The position numbers and the translations under genes were made by a program. DNA of 64,000 nt. Source: Collinsella aerofaciens. Lineage in GTDB: Bacteria > Actinomycetota > Coriobacteriia > Coriobacteriales > Coriobacteriaceae. The notes below the pieces were generated by a model. It was not told the origin of the DNA, searched no databases, and saw only the letters and a list, made by a program, of their open reading frames with translations. The stretch spans positions 2,511-66,510 of the forward strand of contig DBFRVO010000024.1 of assembly GCA_048503295.1 (NCBI GenBank), read 5' to 3'. Shown here one piece after another: positions 27,371-37,900 of this stretch (position 1 is the first letter of the stretch; every line of letters starts with the position of its first letter).

Positions 27371-28188
27371 AGATGAGCGATTTCCATATGGTGGTGTGCG
27401 TCAAGGCCGTGCCGGGCAGCACCGAGGTCAAGATGGACCCCAAGACCAATACCATCGTGCGCGATGGCAAGCAGGCGGTCATTAATCCCTTTGATGCGAG
27501 CGCTTTGGAATGCGCGCTGGCGCTGAAGGACGACTTTATCGGCTTTGGCATGGATGTGCGCGTGACGGTGGTGTCGATGGGCATCCCCGCGACCGAGTCG
27601 CTGCTGCGCGACTGCATCGCCCGAGGCGCCGACGACGCGCTGCTGCTGACCGATCGCGCCTTTGCAGGTGCCGATACCCTGGCGACCACCTATGCTCTCA
27701 AATGCGGCATCGAGGCGCTCGACGAGGACTTCGACCTGCTCATCTGCGGCAAGATGGCGGTGGATGGCGATACGGCCCAGATTGGTCCCGAGCTTGCCGG
27801 TGCCTTTGAGATTCCCTGCGTGACCGACGTGAGTTGCGTGCAGAGCGCGGGCTTTACGACCTGTGGCTCGCTGGCGCTCATTCACGGATGCGATGCCGGC
27901 GAGGAGACGGTGTATCTTGAGATGCCGTGCGCGATGACGACTGCCAAGGAGATTGGCCAGTTGCGTATGCCGAGTATTGCCGGTATTCGCGCGGCGGAGG
28001 AGGCGGACGTGCGCGTGGCCAGTGCCGCCGACGTGAACGCCGACCCCGCGCGTTGCGGTCTTGCCGGGTCGCCGACACAGGTCGTGCGCTCGTTTGTGCC
28101 CGACCGTGACCAAACGTGCGAGGCCGTTGAGGGAACGGCGTCCGAGCAGGCGGTAAAACTTGCCAAGATTATCGAGGGGATGGCATAG
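27367..28188 (+). CDS. etfB: Electron transfer flavoprotein beta subunit
   Basis: VCVKAVP, INPFD, FAGADT.AT, GK.AVDGDTAQ and GL.GSPT.V motifs. Confidence 0.93.
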   Translation: MKMSDFHMVVCVKAVPGSTEVKMDPKTNTIVRDGKQAVINPFDASALECALALKDDFIGFGMDVRVTVVSMGIPATESLLRDCIARGADDALLLTDRAFAGADTLATTYALKCGIEALDEDFDLLICGKMAVDGDTAQIGPELAGAFEIPCVTDVSCVQSAGFTTCGSLALIHGCDAGEETVYLEMPCAMTTAKEIGQLRMPSIAGIRAAEEADVRVASAADVNADPARCGLAGSPTQVVRSFVPDRDQTCEAVEGTASEQAVKLAKIIEGMA

Positions 28189-29394
28189 ATGAGCGGACTG
28201 ATTATCGATAGCGAAGCCTGTATCGGCTGCGGTCGCTGCGTTCGCGCCTGTGCCTCGGGCGGCATCGTAGTGGAAGGCGAGCGGCCCAACCGTTGCGCCC
28301 GCGTAACCGACGGCTGCATCCTATGCGGCGGATGTGTCGACGCCTGCCCCGTCAACGCTATCTCGATCGAGCGTGACGAGGCCGCTGGTGCGGTGGACCT
28401 TGATGCATATCGAAACATTTGGGTCTTCGTGCAGACTGACGAGCACGACGCCGTGGCTCCCGTGGCCTACGAGCTCATGGGCAAGGGGCGCGAGCTTGCC
28501 GATGCTCGCGGCTGCCGTCTGGTGGCACTGGTCGGCATGAGTCCCGAGGGCTCGCTCGGGGACCTGGAACATCTGGTTTGCGCGGGCGCCGACGAAGTCC
28601 TGGCCTGTCGCGACGAGCGTCTGCGCCAAAACGATGCGGAGGTCTACGCCCACTTGATCTGCGATTTGGTAGCCGAACGCAAACCCGAGGCAATTCTGTA
28701 CGGCGCGACTGCGTTTGGCCGCGAGCTGGCACCCGGCGTTGCCGTGCGTTTGCAGACGGGTCTTACGGCCGACTGCACCGTGCTTTCGATGGATGCGGAG
28801 ACGGGCCTACTGCAGCAGACGCGCCCGGCGTTTGGCGGCAACTTGATGGCCACCATCATTTGCCCCAACCACCGTCCGCAGATGGCAACGGTGCGCTCCG
28901 GTATCTTTATGGCGCCCGACTTTGACTACGGCCGCTCCGGCACGATCACCCAGATATCACTTGCGGATGATGCTAAGGCTCGTGTCGAGATCTCGATTCC
29001 CGCCGAGGAGTGGGGACAACAGGCTTCGATCGCCGATGCCGAGCGCCTGGTCGTGGTGGGTCGCGGCATTGGTTCCAAGAAAAATCTGCCGCTGATGCGA
29101 AGGCTCGCCGAGGCTCTGGGAGCCGAGCTTGGCTGCACGCGACCTGTCGTGGAGGCCGGCTGGTTGGAGTATCGCCATCAGATTGGCCAGACGGGCGTAT
29201 CGGTTTCGCCCAAGCTTCTCGTGAGTATCGGTGTTTCGGGCGCCATCCAGCATCTTGCCGGCATCGGTGGGGCTGAGTGCATTATCGCCATCAACGAGGA
29301 CCCGGATGCCCCCATTTTTGGTACTGCCCAGTACAAGGTTGTCGGCGATGCCGTCGAGGTCGTCGAGGAGCTGCTGGCTCAGCTTGAGCGCTAG
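28189..29394 (+). CDS. etfA: Electron transfer flavoprotein alpha subunit with N-terminal 2[4Fe-4S] ferredoxin domain
   Basis: CIGCGRCVRAC and CILCGGCVDACP; GLTADCT, RPAFGGN, QIGQTG and GVSGAIQH motifs. Confidence 0.93.
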   Translation: MSGLIIDSEACIGCGRCVRACASGGIVVEGERPNRCARVTDGCILCGGCVDACPVNAISIERDEAAGAVDLDAYRNIWVFVQTDEHDAVAPVAYELMGKGRELADARGCRLVALVGMSPEGSLGDLEHLVCAGADEVLACRDERLRQNDAEVYAHLICDLVAERKPEAILYGATAFGRELAPGVAVRLQTGLTADCTVLSMDAETGLLQQTRPAFGGNLMATIICPNHRPQMATVRSGIFMAPDFDYGRSGTITQISLADDAKARVEISIPAEEWGQQASIADAERLVVVGRGIGSKKNLPLMRRLAEALGAELGCTRPVVEAGWLEYRHQIGQTGVSVSPKLLVSIGVSGAIQHLAGIGGAECIIAINEDPDAPIFGTAQYKVVGDAVEVVEELLAQLER

Positions 29395-30203
29395 GCGCGC
29401 GCCAGCCAGTCGCGCATCTCGTCCTTAAGGCGGCTCCAAGTTGCCTGCGTGGCGGGGTCGGTAAAGGGCCGCGTGATGCCAAAAGGCGCGTCGAGCAGGC
29501 GGTAGATATCGCCCTGCTCGCGCGCCAGCGCGCGGCTCGCTGGATAGACGAGCTCAAACATAAAGCAGATGAGTCCCACCAGGTAGTCTGCGGGCTCGTC
29601 GCGTTCATCGCGTGCGACGCAGCGGTGCTCGTCAAAGGCGGCAAGTGTCGGCGACGAGAAACGGCTGCCGAGAAACGTCTTCTCGTCCACCTTGAGGATA
29701 GTGTCGACAGTGCTGTCGGCGATGGCGCGCATAATGTCGATCTTGTCGCCATCGCGCACGATATCGCAGAAGCTCCGCGTGCGCTCGTCGAGCTGCGCGG
29801 GTAGACGGAAATCGCTGTGATAGGCAATGCTCGCTCGGATGAGCTCATCTTCTGCCGGGTCATCGATAAAGTCGCGAATGCTCGTTACGGCGGGTGCATC
29901 GGTGGGATTCTCGCCAAAGAGGACCTCGATGCCCAGCGCCGCATGGCTCATGCTCTCGGCGTCCTTAAAGGTGTCCCAGCGTCGCAGCTGCTCAAAGCGG
30001 CCCATATCGTGTAGCAGGCCGCAAAGCCATGCCAGGTCAATATCTTCTGACGACCAGCCCTGCTCGCGCGCCACGGCATCGCATGCCTCGGCAACGTGGT
30101 ACGTATGCTCGATTTTGAGCGCGATGCGTGGGTTGGTGGCGTCGTAGGCATCGGTGTAGCTTTTGAAGGCCGCGCGCGCCCGGTCTCGATCGATAGCTGT
30201 CAT
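29391..30203 (-). CDS. HD-domain phosphohydrolase
   Basis: LKIEHT, GLLHDMGRFEQ and RDGDKIDI motifs. Confidence 0.85.
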   Translation of the reverse strand: MTAIDRDRARAAFKSYTDAYDATNPRIALKIEHTYHVAEACDAVAREQGWSSEDIDLAWLCGLLHDMGRFEQLRRWDTFKDAESMSHAALGIEVLFGENPTDAPAVTSIRDFIDDPAEDELIRASIAYHSDFRLPAQLDERTRSFCDIVRDGDKIDIMRAIADSTVDTILKVDEKTFLGSRFSSPTLAAFDEHRCVARDERDEPADYLVGLICFMFELVYPASRALAREQGDIYRLLDAPFGITRPFTDPATQATWSRLKDEMRDWLARA

Positions 30204-30329
30204 AATGACTTCCTAAAAAGTTGTGTCTTTCGATCCGGTGGCAATTGTAGGTGAACTCGGTTGCTGTCGGATGATGATTCTGCCGTATCGCTACATGCGG
30301 CTTGGAGACCTTGTCAGGATGAGAAGCGT

Positions 30330-31022
30330 ATGGTGCTCAAAATCGTTAGAACCGTCTGGCCGGTGATGCTTACATATGTTGCAATAGGCGCGCCGTGCGG
30401 AATGATCATGGGGCAGACGGGAATGGAGCCCTGGATGGTCTTTGCTCTGAGCAGCACGTTTGTGACGGGCAGCGGGCAGTTTATGATCTGCAATCTTTGG
30501 CTGGCGGGCGTACCGGCACCTTCGATTATCGCGAGCGTTGCTGCCATCTCCTCGCGTTTTGCGCTTTACTCGGCATCGATCGCGCCGCATCTGAGGGGTG
30601 CCTCGAAGCGTCAGACGCTGGCTGTTGCCGCGACACTTACCGAGGAGGCATATGGCATCTCGCTTGCCAAGCTGATTGAGGGGGAGGATTGGGGCCCGCT
30701 CGAGTCCTTCGTGCTCAACGTGATCCTCATCGCAACATGGGGCGTTTCGTGTACGATGGGCGCCATCGTCGGCGCCGTTGTCGATGTTCCCACCGCCGTT
30801 GCAGCCTTTGTCTGCACCTCGCTCTTTATCTGCCTGCTCTTTTCGCAGCGGCTGTCGCGCGGCAACGTTGTCGCGGCGGTTTCGGGCGCGGTGTCCGTCG
30901 CCGTATGCAAGTTCTTGGGCCTCGTGAATATTGCCGTGCCGGCAAGCGTCGTGGTCGGCATTACCATTGCGCTGGCGTGCGATGCTGTATTTGACGGAAA
31001 AGGTGCCCGCGATGCCCGTTAA
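30330..31022 (+). CDS. azlC: AzlC-family branched-chain amino acid exporter
   Basis: GSGQF and LTEEAY motifs; multiple TMs. Confidence 0.82.
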   Translation: MVLKIVRTVWPVMLTYVAIGAPCGMIMGQTGMEPWMVFALSSTFVTGSGQFMICNLWLAGVPAPSIIASVAAISSRFALYSASIAPHLRGASKRQTLAVAATLTEEAYGISLAKLIEGEDWGPLESFVLNVILIATWGVSCTMGAIVGAVVDVPTAVAAFVCTSLFICLLFSQRLSRGNVVAAVSGAVSVAVCKFLGLVNIAVPASVVVGITIALACDAVFDGKGARDAR

Positions 31023-31335
31023 CGAGTTCTTGGTTCTGTGGCTGTCGTCGTGGGCTGCTATCGCGTTCTTTCGCATCACGCCGGCGTTCGCCTTGCGAGG
31101 GCGGACCCTGTCGCCCCGCATTACCGAGGCCCTGGGCTATATCCCGCCCGCTGCCTTTGCCGCGCTGGTCGCCAACGACTTGGTGAGCCCCGGCGCGTTC
31201 GACGCGGGACTCTGGCCTGCCTTGGTTCCCTGGATTGCGGCCGCCGGCGTCGTGGTCGTGGCGGTCAAGACAAAATCGATGCTGTGGTGCTGCGTCTCGG
31301 GCATCGTGCTCTATATCGTCTTGAGCCTTATATAG
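31012..31335 (+). CDS. azlD: AzlD-family small exporter subunit
   Basis: R..P and L.YIPPAAFAALV motifs; overlaps azlC. Confidence 0.82.
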   Translation: MPVNEFLVLWLSSWAAIAFFRITPAFALRGRTLSPRITEALGYIPPAAFAALVANDLVSPGAFDAGLWPALVPWIAAAGVVVVAVKTKSMLWCCVSGIVLYIVLSLI

Positions 31336-31485
31336 GGGTGGCGTCGCGGGCGCCGAATCTCGTTCCATCCCAACTTGTCGGATTTTTCACCGAGCTGGTC
31401 TATTTCTTCTGGTACCATGGTCAAACTTTACTGTAGCAAAGCGTGACGTGGGCTTTTGTACCCCGTCAGCGGAAATGGGGGTTTC

Positions 31486-32508
31486 ATGGCACAGGAAGCA
31501 ACCGCCAACGAGCAAAAGAAATTCAAGGTCCCGCGCATTCCGGGCGACATCATGATCTATCCGATGATCGTCGGTCTTTTGCTCAACACCTTCTGCCCGC
31601 AGGTTTTTGAGATCGGCGGCTTCTTTACGGCTGCCTGCCGCGGTGGCTCCAATACCATCGTCGCCGCGATTCTGCTGTTTGTGGGCGCCGGCATCAGCTT
31701 TAAGTCCACGCCGGGCGCCATCAAGACCGGCATCGTCGTGCTGATTCCTAAGCTTGTAGTGGCAGCCGCGCTGGGTCTGGGCGTCGCGTACTTCTTTAAC
31801 GATAACTTTTTAGGCCTGAGCTCGGTTTCCATCATCGGCGGCATTACGTTTTGCAACATGGCGCTCTATACGGGCATCATGGGCGAGTTCGGCGATGAGT
31901 CCGAGCAGGGCGCTGTCGGTATCCTGTTCTTTACGGCCGGCCCCGCCGTTACGATGATCATCCTTGGTGTTTCGGGTCTCGCCAACATCCCCGTCGGCAC
32001 CATCATCGGATCCATCCTGCCGCTTGTTATCGGCATGGTCCTGGGCAACCTGTTCCCGTTTATCAAGAACCTGCTGGTTCCCGGCGCCAATCCCGCGATC
32101 GCTGTAATTGGTTTTCAGCTCGGTGCGTCCATGAGCCTTTCGAGCTTCATCGCCGGTGGCATTTCGGGCATCCTGCTGGGCCTCATCACGCTCTTTATCG
32201 TCGGTCCCATTACCTTTGCCTTCGAGCGCCTGTGTGGCGGCAACGGTAAGGCGGCTGTGGCATGTTCCACCATTGCCGGCACGGCCATGACCACGCCGGT
32301 CGCCCTCGCCGAGGTCGCTCCGCGCTATGCCGAGCTTGCGCCCACCGCGTATGCGCAGATCGCCACCGCCGTCATCATCACGGCAATCATGGCCCCGATT
32401 CTGACCGGCTGGGTCGATAAGAAGTTCTGCCAGAGCAAGGAAGACCTGTCGCCTGCCGGTGTCGAGGCCATCGAAGAGGCTGTCGCGACCGACATCGATG
32501 GCGAGTAG
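31486..32508 (+). CDS. 2-keto-3-deoxygluconate permease (KdgT) family transporter
   Basis: IPG..M.YP...G.LLNTFCP, GP.VTM and AQIATAVI.TA...P motifs. Confidence 0.8.
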   Translation: MAQEATANEQKKFKVPRIPGDIMIYPMIVGLLLNTFCPQVFEIGGFFTAACRGGSNTIVAAILLFVGAGISFKSTPGAIKTGIVVLIPKLVVAAALGLGVAYFFNDNFLGLSSVSIIGGITFCNMALYTGIMGEFGDESEQGAVGILFFTAGPAVTMIILGVSGLANIPVGTIIGSILPLVIGMVLGNLFPFIKNLLVPGANPAIAVIGFQLGASMSLSSFIAGGISGILLGLITLFIVGPITFAFERLCGGNGKAAVACSTIAGTAMTTPVALAEVAPRYAELAPTAYAQIATAVIITAIMAPILTGWVDKKFCQSKEDLSPAGVEAIEEAVATDIDGE

Positions 32509-32696
32509 CAATCGATATCCATCAATGATTCCGGCGTGCAACTCGCGCCGTTTGAGCGCCCGAACGAGAGCTGTCTTGCAGTGACGTTCGGGCGCTCTGC
32601 TATTATTCCCCTTACCCCTGCGGAGTAGGGGGTGTTTGTTGCCCAGATTCGAATTGGGCGATTCTGGCCACTTGGATATTGAAGGGAGGGCGTCTA

Positions 32697-33839
32697 GTGG
32701 TAAAGGCACTCAAGATCGAGATATTCCTGCTGTGCATGATTATTCTTATCGGACTTGCCGTACGAAGCCGTCGCTCCCTGTTCTCGAGCACCCAGCAGCT
32801 TTTGTTTAGCATGCTGGGCTACACGTCTGCTGCCTACATTTTCTTCGATATGATCTGGACGCTCTCGGACGGCGTGAGCACTCCTGTAGGCATCACGGCC
32901 AACTGGATTTCCAACGCGGTTTCGTTTTCGCTGTTCGCCATCGCGTGCCTCATTTGGTTTTTCTATTCCGAGACGATGCAGGGCTCACGGCTCCTGACCA
33001 CGCCCTATAGGGTGGTACTTTTAACGTTGCCAACCGCATTGGTGGTCGTTCTGGCATTTACCAGCTACTGGACGCACGCTATGTTCTATATCGATGCGCG
33101 GGGCGTATATCGTCGCGGAGCGCTTTATATGATTCAGCCTATCGTTAGCTACTGCTACGTCATATATACGTCCTTGCATGCCTTTATTCAGGCTCGAAAA
33201 GTCGAAAGCCTGCAAAAGAAGGCCATTTATCGCACCCTCGCCTTTTTTGCGGTTCCCGCTCTGGTGGGCGGTACCTTTCAGATCGTATACTCGGTGCCTG
33301 GCCTTTGTGTCGGCATAATGATTAGCATGTTGCTGCTCTATATCATCTGCCAGGAGCAGCTCATCTCGACCGACCCGTTGACTGGCCTCAACAATCGCAA
33401 CCGTTTTGAGACCTATATGCTGTCGCTCTTCTCAAATGTGGATCAGGCCGAAGATGTATATCTGCTTATGATGGACGCTGACGGCTTTAAGCAGATTAAC
33501 GATCGCTATGGACATGTGGAGGGTGACCATGCTCTTCAGGTAATATCCGCTGCGCTCAAAGAGGTCTGCTCGGCGTCTGGTGGCTTTATCGCGCGTTATG
33601 GTGGCGATGAGTTCGTGGTGCTCCAAAAGGCAGCGGCGGAACAGGACATCATACGTCTGTGCGCGGCAATCAACGACGAGCTCGCGCGCGCCGAGGTGCC
33701 GTATCTGTTGCGGATGTCCATCGGCTACGCACGGGTCGGTGACGGCGTCGATACCTGGCAAGACTTGCTTCGCGCTGCCGACGCGGAGCTCTACCGCGTC
33801 AAGGCCGAGAAAAAGAAGGCCGGCGTCCAGATACGCTAG
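32697..33839 (+). CDS. Membrane-bound diguanylate cyclase (multi-TM sensor + GGDEF)
   Basis: DPLTGLNNR, FKQINDRYGH..GD and ARYGGDEF motifs. Confidence 0.9.
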   Translation: MVKALKIEIFLLCMIILIGLAVRSRRSLFSSTQQLLFSMLGYTSAAYIFFDMIWTLSDGVSTPVGITANWISNAVSFSLFAIACLIWFFYSETMQGSRLLTTPYRVVLLTLPTALVVVLAFTSYWTHAMFYIDARGVYRRGALYMIQPIVSYCYVIYTSLHAFIQARKVESLQKKAIYRTLAFFAVPALVGGTFQIVYSVPGLCVGIMISMLLLYIICQEQLISTDPLTGLNNRNRFETYMLSLFSNVDQAEDVYLLMMDADGFKQINDRYGHVEGDHALQVISAALKEVCSASGGFIARYGGDEFVVLQKAAAEQDIIRLCAAINDELARAEVPYLLRMSIGYARVGDGVDTWQDLLRAADAELYRVKAEKKKAGVQIR

Positions 33840-33938
33840 GAAAAGGGTCGCACGCTTGCGTGCGTGGCGGCCCTCAGCTCATCGATGTATTCCATTAAGC
33901 TAAAGTGTGCGAACGCCCTCCCTAAAAAGGCGAGCTTG

Positions 33939-34874
33939 CTAGGCTTTTTTGGGTTTGTTGACGATGATGATGCCGCCGCAGACCAACAACAGGGCAACGA
34001 TGACGGTAACGGGGCTCGTGCCAGCGCCCTCGCCGAGCAGCAGTGCGCTCAACAGCACGCCAAAGACCGGGTTCATAAAGCCAAAGACCGACACGCGGCT
34101 GACGGGGTTGACGGCGAGCAGGCGGGACCACAGCGAGTAAGCGACCGCGGAGATAAGCGCCATGTAGATGATGAGCGCGATGGCGGGGGCGATTTCGGTG
34201 GGGGACAACGTGCCGCCCATCAAAAACCCGATGGCGGTAAGGACCACGCCACCGACTAAAAACTGCCAGCCGGCGAGCAAGACGCCGTCATGCTCGCGCG
34301 AGAAGATGCCAATGAGGCAGGTCGACAGGGCGCCCGCAACAGTGGAGGCCAAGATAAATCCCTCGCCGTCGAGCGTAAAGCCAAAGGTGCCATCCGCGCC
34401 CGAAAGGTTGACGAGCGCGACACCGGCAAAGCCCAGTACGCAGCCGAGCACTTTGGCCGTATCGAGCTTCTCGGTGCGAAACGCCAGGGCGGCAAAGAGG
34501 ATTGCGAGGAAGTTGGCGCTGGCCTCGATGATGGAACTCGACATGGCGCTGGCGCGCGAGAGTCCCAGGTAGAAAAAGAAGTACTGCCCGATAGTCTGGA
34601 AGAGCGACAAGACAAAGATGGGCTTGATGTCGCGAGCCTGCGGAACGAGTGGACGGCGCTGAGCCGCGCTCATCCCAACGATAACCAGGGCGCCGGCAAG
34701 CGTAAAGCGTAAACCTGCAAAGAGCAGCTGCGAAGCGCTATCGTGCGCTGGGATACCAAAGAGTGCGTAGCCGATCTTGATGCAGGGAAAGGCCGATCCC
34801 CAGAGTGCACAGCAAACAAGACAGCCCAGGATGAGTCCGGGCAGGGTGGCGAGATACGGCTTGCGGCTTTCCAT
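33939..34874 (-). CDS. DMT/EamA family transporter
   Basis: LWGSAFP.IK and PVFGVLLS...LGE motifs; ~10 TMs. Confidence 0.88.
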   Translation of the reverse strand: MESRKPYLATLPGLILGCLVCCALWGSAFPCIKIGYALFGIPAHDSASQLLFAGLRFTLAGALVIVGMSAAQRRPLVPQARDIKPIFVLSLFQTIGQYFFFYLGLSRASAMSSSIIEASANFLAILFAALAFRTEKLDTAKVLGCVLGFAGVALVNLSGADGTFGFTLDGEGFILASTVAGALSTCLIGIFSREHDGVLLAGWQFLVGGVVLTAIGFLMGGTLSPTEIAPAIALIIYMALISAVAYSLWSRLLAVNPVSRVSVFGFMNPVFGVLLSALLLGEGAGTSPVTVIVALLLVCGGIIIVNKPKKA

Positions 34875-34899
34875 GATGTCCTCCCTACATGCGCGAAGC

Positions 34900-34936
34900 A
34901 AAAAAGAACCCGCCACCGGATGTGTCGGTGGCGGGT
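34900..34936 (-). terminator. purL terminator
   Basis: ACCCGCCACCG/CGGTGGCGGGT stem followed by a T tract on the minus strand. Confidence 0.8.
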
Positions 34937-34973
34937 GTTGTTACCCGAAGGGATTGTAACCGATGGGAAAGGT

Positions 34974-37900
34974 TTAAGCGAAGTAGGCCACGCCGCTCTC
35001 AAAGATCGGCATGAACTTATCGCCGGGGACATGCTCGGGCACGTTGCGGTACAGGTTGTCGCCGCGACGCTCGGCATGGCCCATCTTGCCCAGGACGCGG
35101 CCGTCGGGGCTCGTGATGCCCTCGATGGCGAGTGCGGAGCCGTTGGGGTTGACGGAGAGATCCATGCTGGGCTTGCCGTCCTCGCCCACGTACTGTGTGG
35201 CGACCTGGCCGTTGGCGATCAGCTGGGCGAGCACTTCGTCGTTGGCGACAAAGCGGCCCTCGCCGTGGCTGATGGCGACGGTGTAGGGGTCGTCCAGGCT
35301 GCACTGCGACAGCCAGGGGGACAGGTTGGACGAGATACGGGTGCGCACCAGACGGCTCTGGTGGCGACCGATGGTGTTGAACGTCAGCGTGGGCGCATCG
35401 GGCGTGGCGTCGACGATGTCGCCGTAGGGCACCAGACCAAGCTTGACTAGGGCCTGGAAGCCGTTGCAGATGCCCAACATCAGGCCGTCGCGGGCCTTGA
35501 GCAGGTCGCGGACTGCCTCGGTGACCTCGGGAGCGCGGAAGAACGCCGTGATGAACTTGGCGGAGCCGTCGGGCTCGTCGCCGCCCGAAAAGCCGCCGGG
35601 GATCATGACGATCTGGCTTGCACGGATGCGGCGGGCAAGCTCGTGGGTGCTCTCGGCGACGGCCTCGGGCGTGAGGTTGTTGATCACGAAGGTGTCGGCC
35701 TCGGCACCGGCGGCACGGAAGGCGCGGGCGCTGTCGTACTCGCAGTTGTTGCCGGGGAACACGGGGATGATCACGCGCGGGCGGGCGATCTTGGCGCCGC
35801 CGTACACGTGGATATCCTTGGCGCGGAAGTCGATGGTCTCGACCTCGGGGGTCTCGCCAGCGCTGCGGTAGGCGAAGACGCCCTCGATGCCGCTCTCCCA
35901 GGCCTCCTGGAGCTCGGTGAGCTCGATGACTTCGGAGCCGGTGTCGATGACATAGCCCTCGACGGTGGTGCCCAGGGGCTCGACGACAACGCCGTCGGCG
36001 ACCTCGGGCAGCTCGGCATCCTCGGCGAGCTCGACGACAAAGCTGCCGTAGAGCGGGGTGAAGAGGCTCTCCACGTCTACATCCTCGGCAAGCTCGATGC
36101 CGATTTGGTTACCGACGCACATCTTAAAGAGGCTCTCGGCGCCGCAGCCGTAGCCGGGCGTGGAGATGGCCAGGGCGTTGCCGGTAGCAGTGAGCGCCTC
36201 GACGGCGTCAAACGCGGCGAGCAGCTGCTGGGCGTCGGGACGGTAGTCCTCGCCATAGGTGGCGGGGGCGATGCGGACGACGCGGTGCGTGAGGCCCTTG
36301 AACTCGGGCGAGACGGCGCGGGCGGCCTTGCCCACGGCGACGGCGAAGCTGATCAGGGTCGGCGGAACGTTGAGCTCGCCGGCCTCGTCCTCAAACGAAC
36401 CGCTCATGGAGTCCTTGCCGCCGATGGCGCCGGCACCCAGGTCGACCTGGGCCATGAGGGCACCCAGGACGGCAGCCATGGGCTTGCCCCAGCGCTCGGC
36501 CTCGGTGCGCAGACGCTCGAAGTACTCCTGGAAGGAGAGGTAGGCACGTTTGTGCTCAAAGCCGGCGGCAACGAGCTTGGCGATGGACTCGACCACGGAC
36601 AGGTAGGCGCCCGCAAACTGGTCGGCCTCCATCAGATAGGGGTTGAAGCCCCATGCCATGGCACTCGCCGTGGTGGTCTCGCCGTCCACGGGGAACTTGG
36701 CGACCATGGCCGAGCTGGGGGTGAGCTGCGTCTTGCCGCCAAAGGGCATGAGTACGGTCGCGGCGCCGATGGTGGAGTCGAAGCGCTCGGAAAGGCCCTT
36801 GTTGGAAGCGACGTTGAGGTCGGTGACGAGCGAGGTCATGCGCTCGGCAAGCGTGGTGCCGGCCCAGCTGGGCTGCCACACGCTGCGGGCACAGACGTGG
36901 GCGACCTGGTGCTTGGGCGCACCGTTGGAGTTGAGGAACTCGCGGGACAGATCGACGATGGCGACGCCGTTCCATGCCATGCGCATGCGCGGCTCGGCGG
37001 TAACCTCGGCGATAACGGTCGCCTCGAGGTTCTCCTCGGCGGCGTAGCCCATGAACTCCTCGACGTCACCGTCGGCGACGGCGCAGGCCATGCGCTCCTG
37101 GGACTCGGAGATAGCGAGCTCGGTGCCGTCCAGGCCGTCGTACTTCTTGGTCACGGTATCAAGGTCGACATACAGGCCGTCGGCAAGCTCGCCCACGGCG
37201 ACCGAGACACCGCCGGCGCCAAAGTCGTTGCAGCGCTTGATCAGACGGCAGGCATCGCCGCGGCGGAACAGGCGCTGCAGCTTGCGCTCGACCGGGGCGT
37301 TGCCCTTCTGGACCTCGGCACCCGAGGTCTCGATGGACTCGGTGTTCTGGGTCTTGGAAGAGCCGGTGGCGCCACCGATGCCATCACGGCCAGTGCGGCC
37401 GCCCAGCAGGATGATCTTGTCGGTGGGGGCGGGGCACTCGCGACGAACGTGGTTTGCCGGGGTAGCGCCCACGACGGCGCCAACTTCCATGCGCTTGGCC
37501 ACGTAACCGGGGTGATAGAGTTCGTTGACCTGACCGGTGGCAAGGCCGATCTGGTTGCCGTAGCTGGAGTAGCCGGCGGCGGCAGTGGTCACGAGCTTGC
37601 GCTGCGGCAGCTTGCCCTCGAGTGTCTCGGAAACCGGGACGGTGGGGTCGCCGGCGCCGGTGACGCGCATGGCCTGATACACATAGCTGCGGCCCGAGAG
37701 CGGGTCGCGGATGGCGCCGCCCACGCAGGTGGCGGCACCGCCGAAGGGCTCGATCTCGGTCGGGTGGTTATGGGTCTCGTTCTTAAAGAGGAACAGCCAG
37801 TCCTGGTCCTCGCCATCGACATCGACCTTCACCTTGACGGTGCAGGCGTTGATCTCCTCGGACTCGTCGACATCGGTCATGACGCCGGTCTTCTTAAGGT

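Noticed and set aside
32510..32690. c-di-GMP riboswitch upstream of the GGDEF gene
   Set aside because: Hairpins are present (e.g. 32554-32597) but I could not find class I or II consensus motifs.
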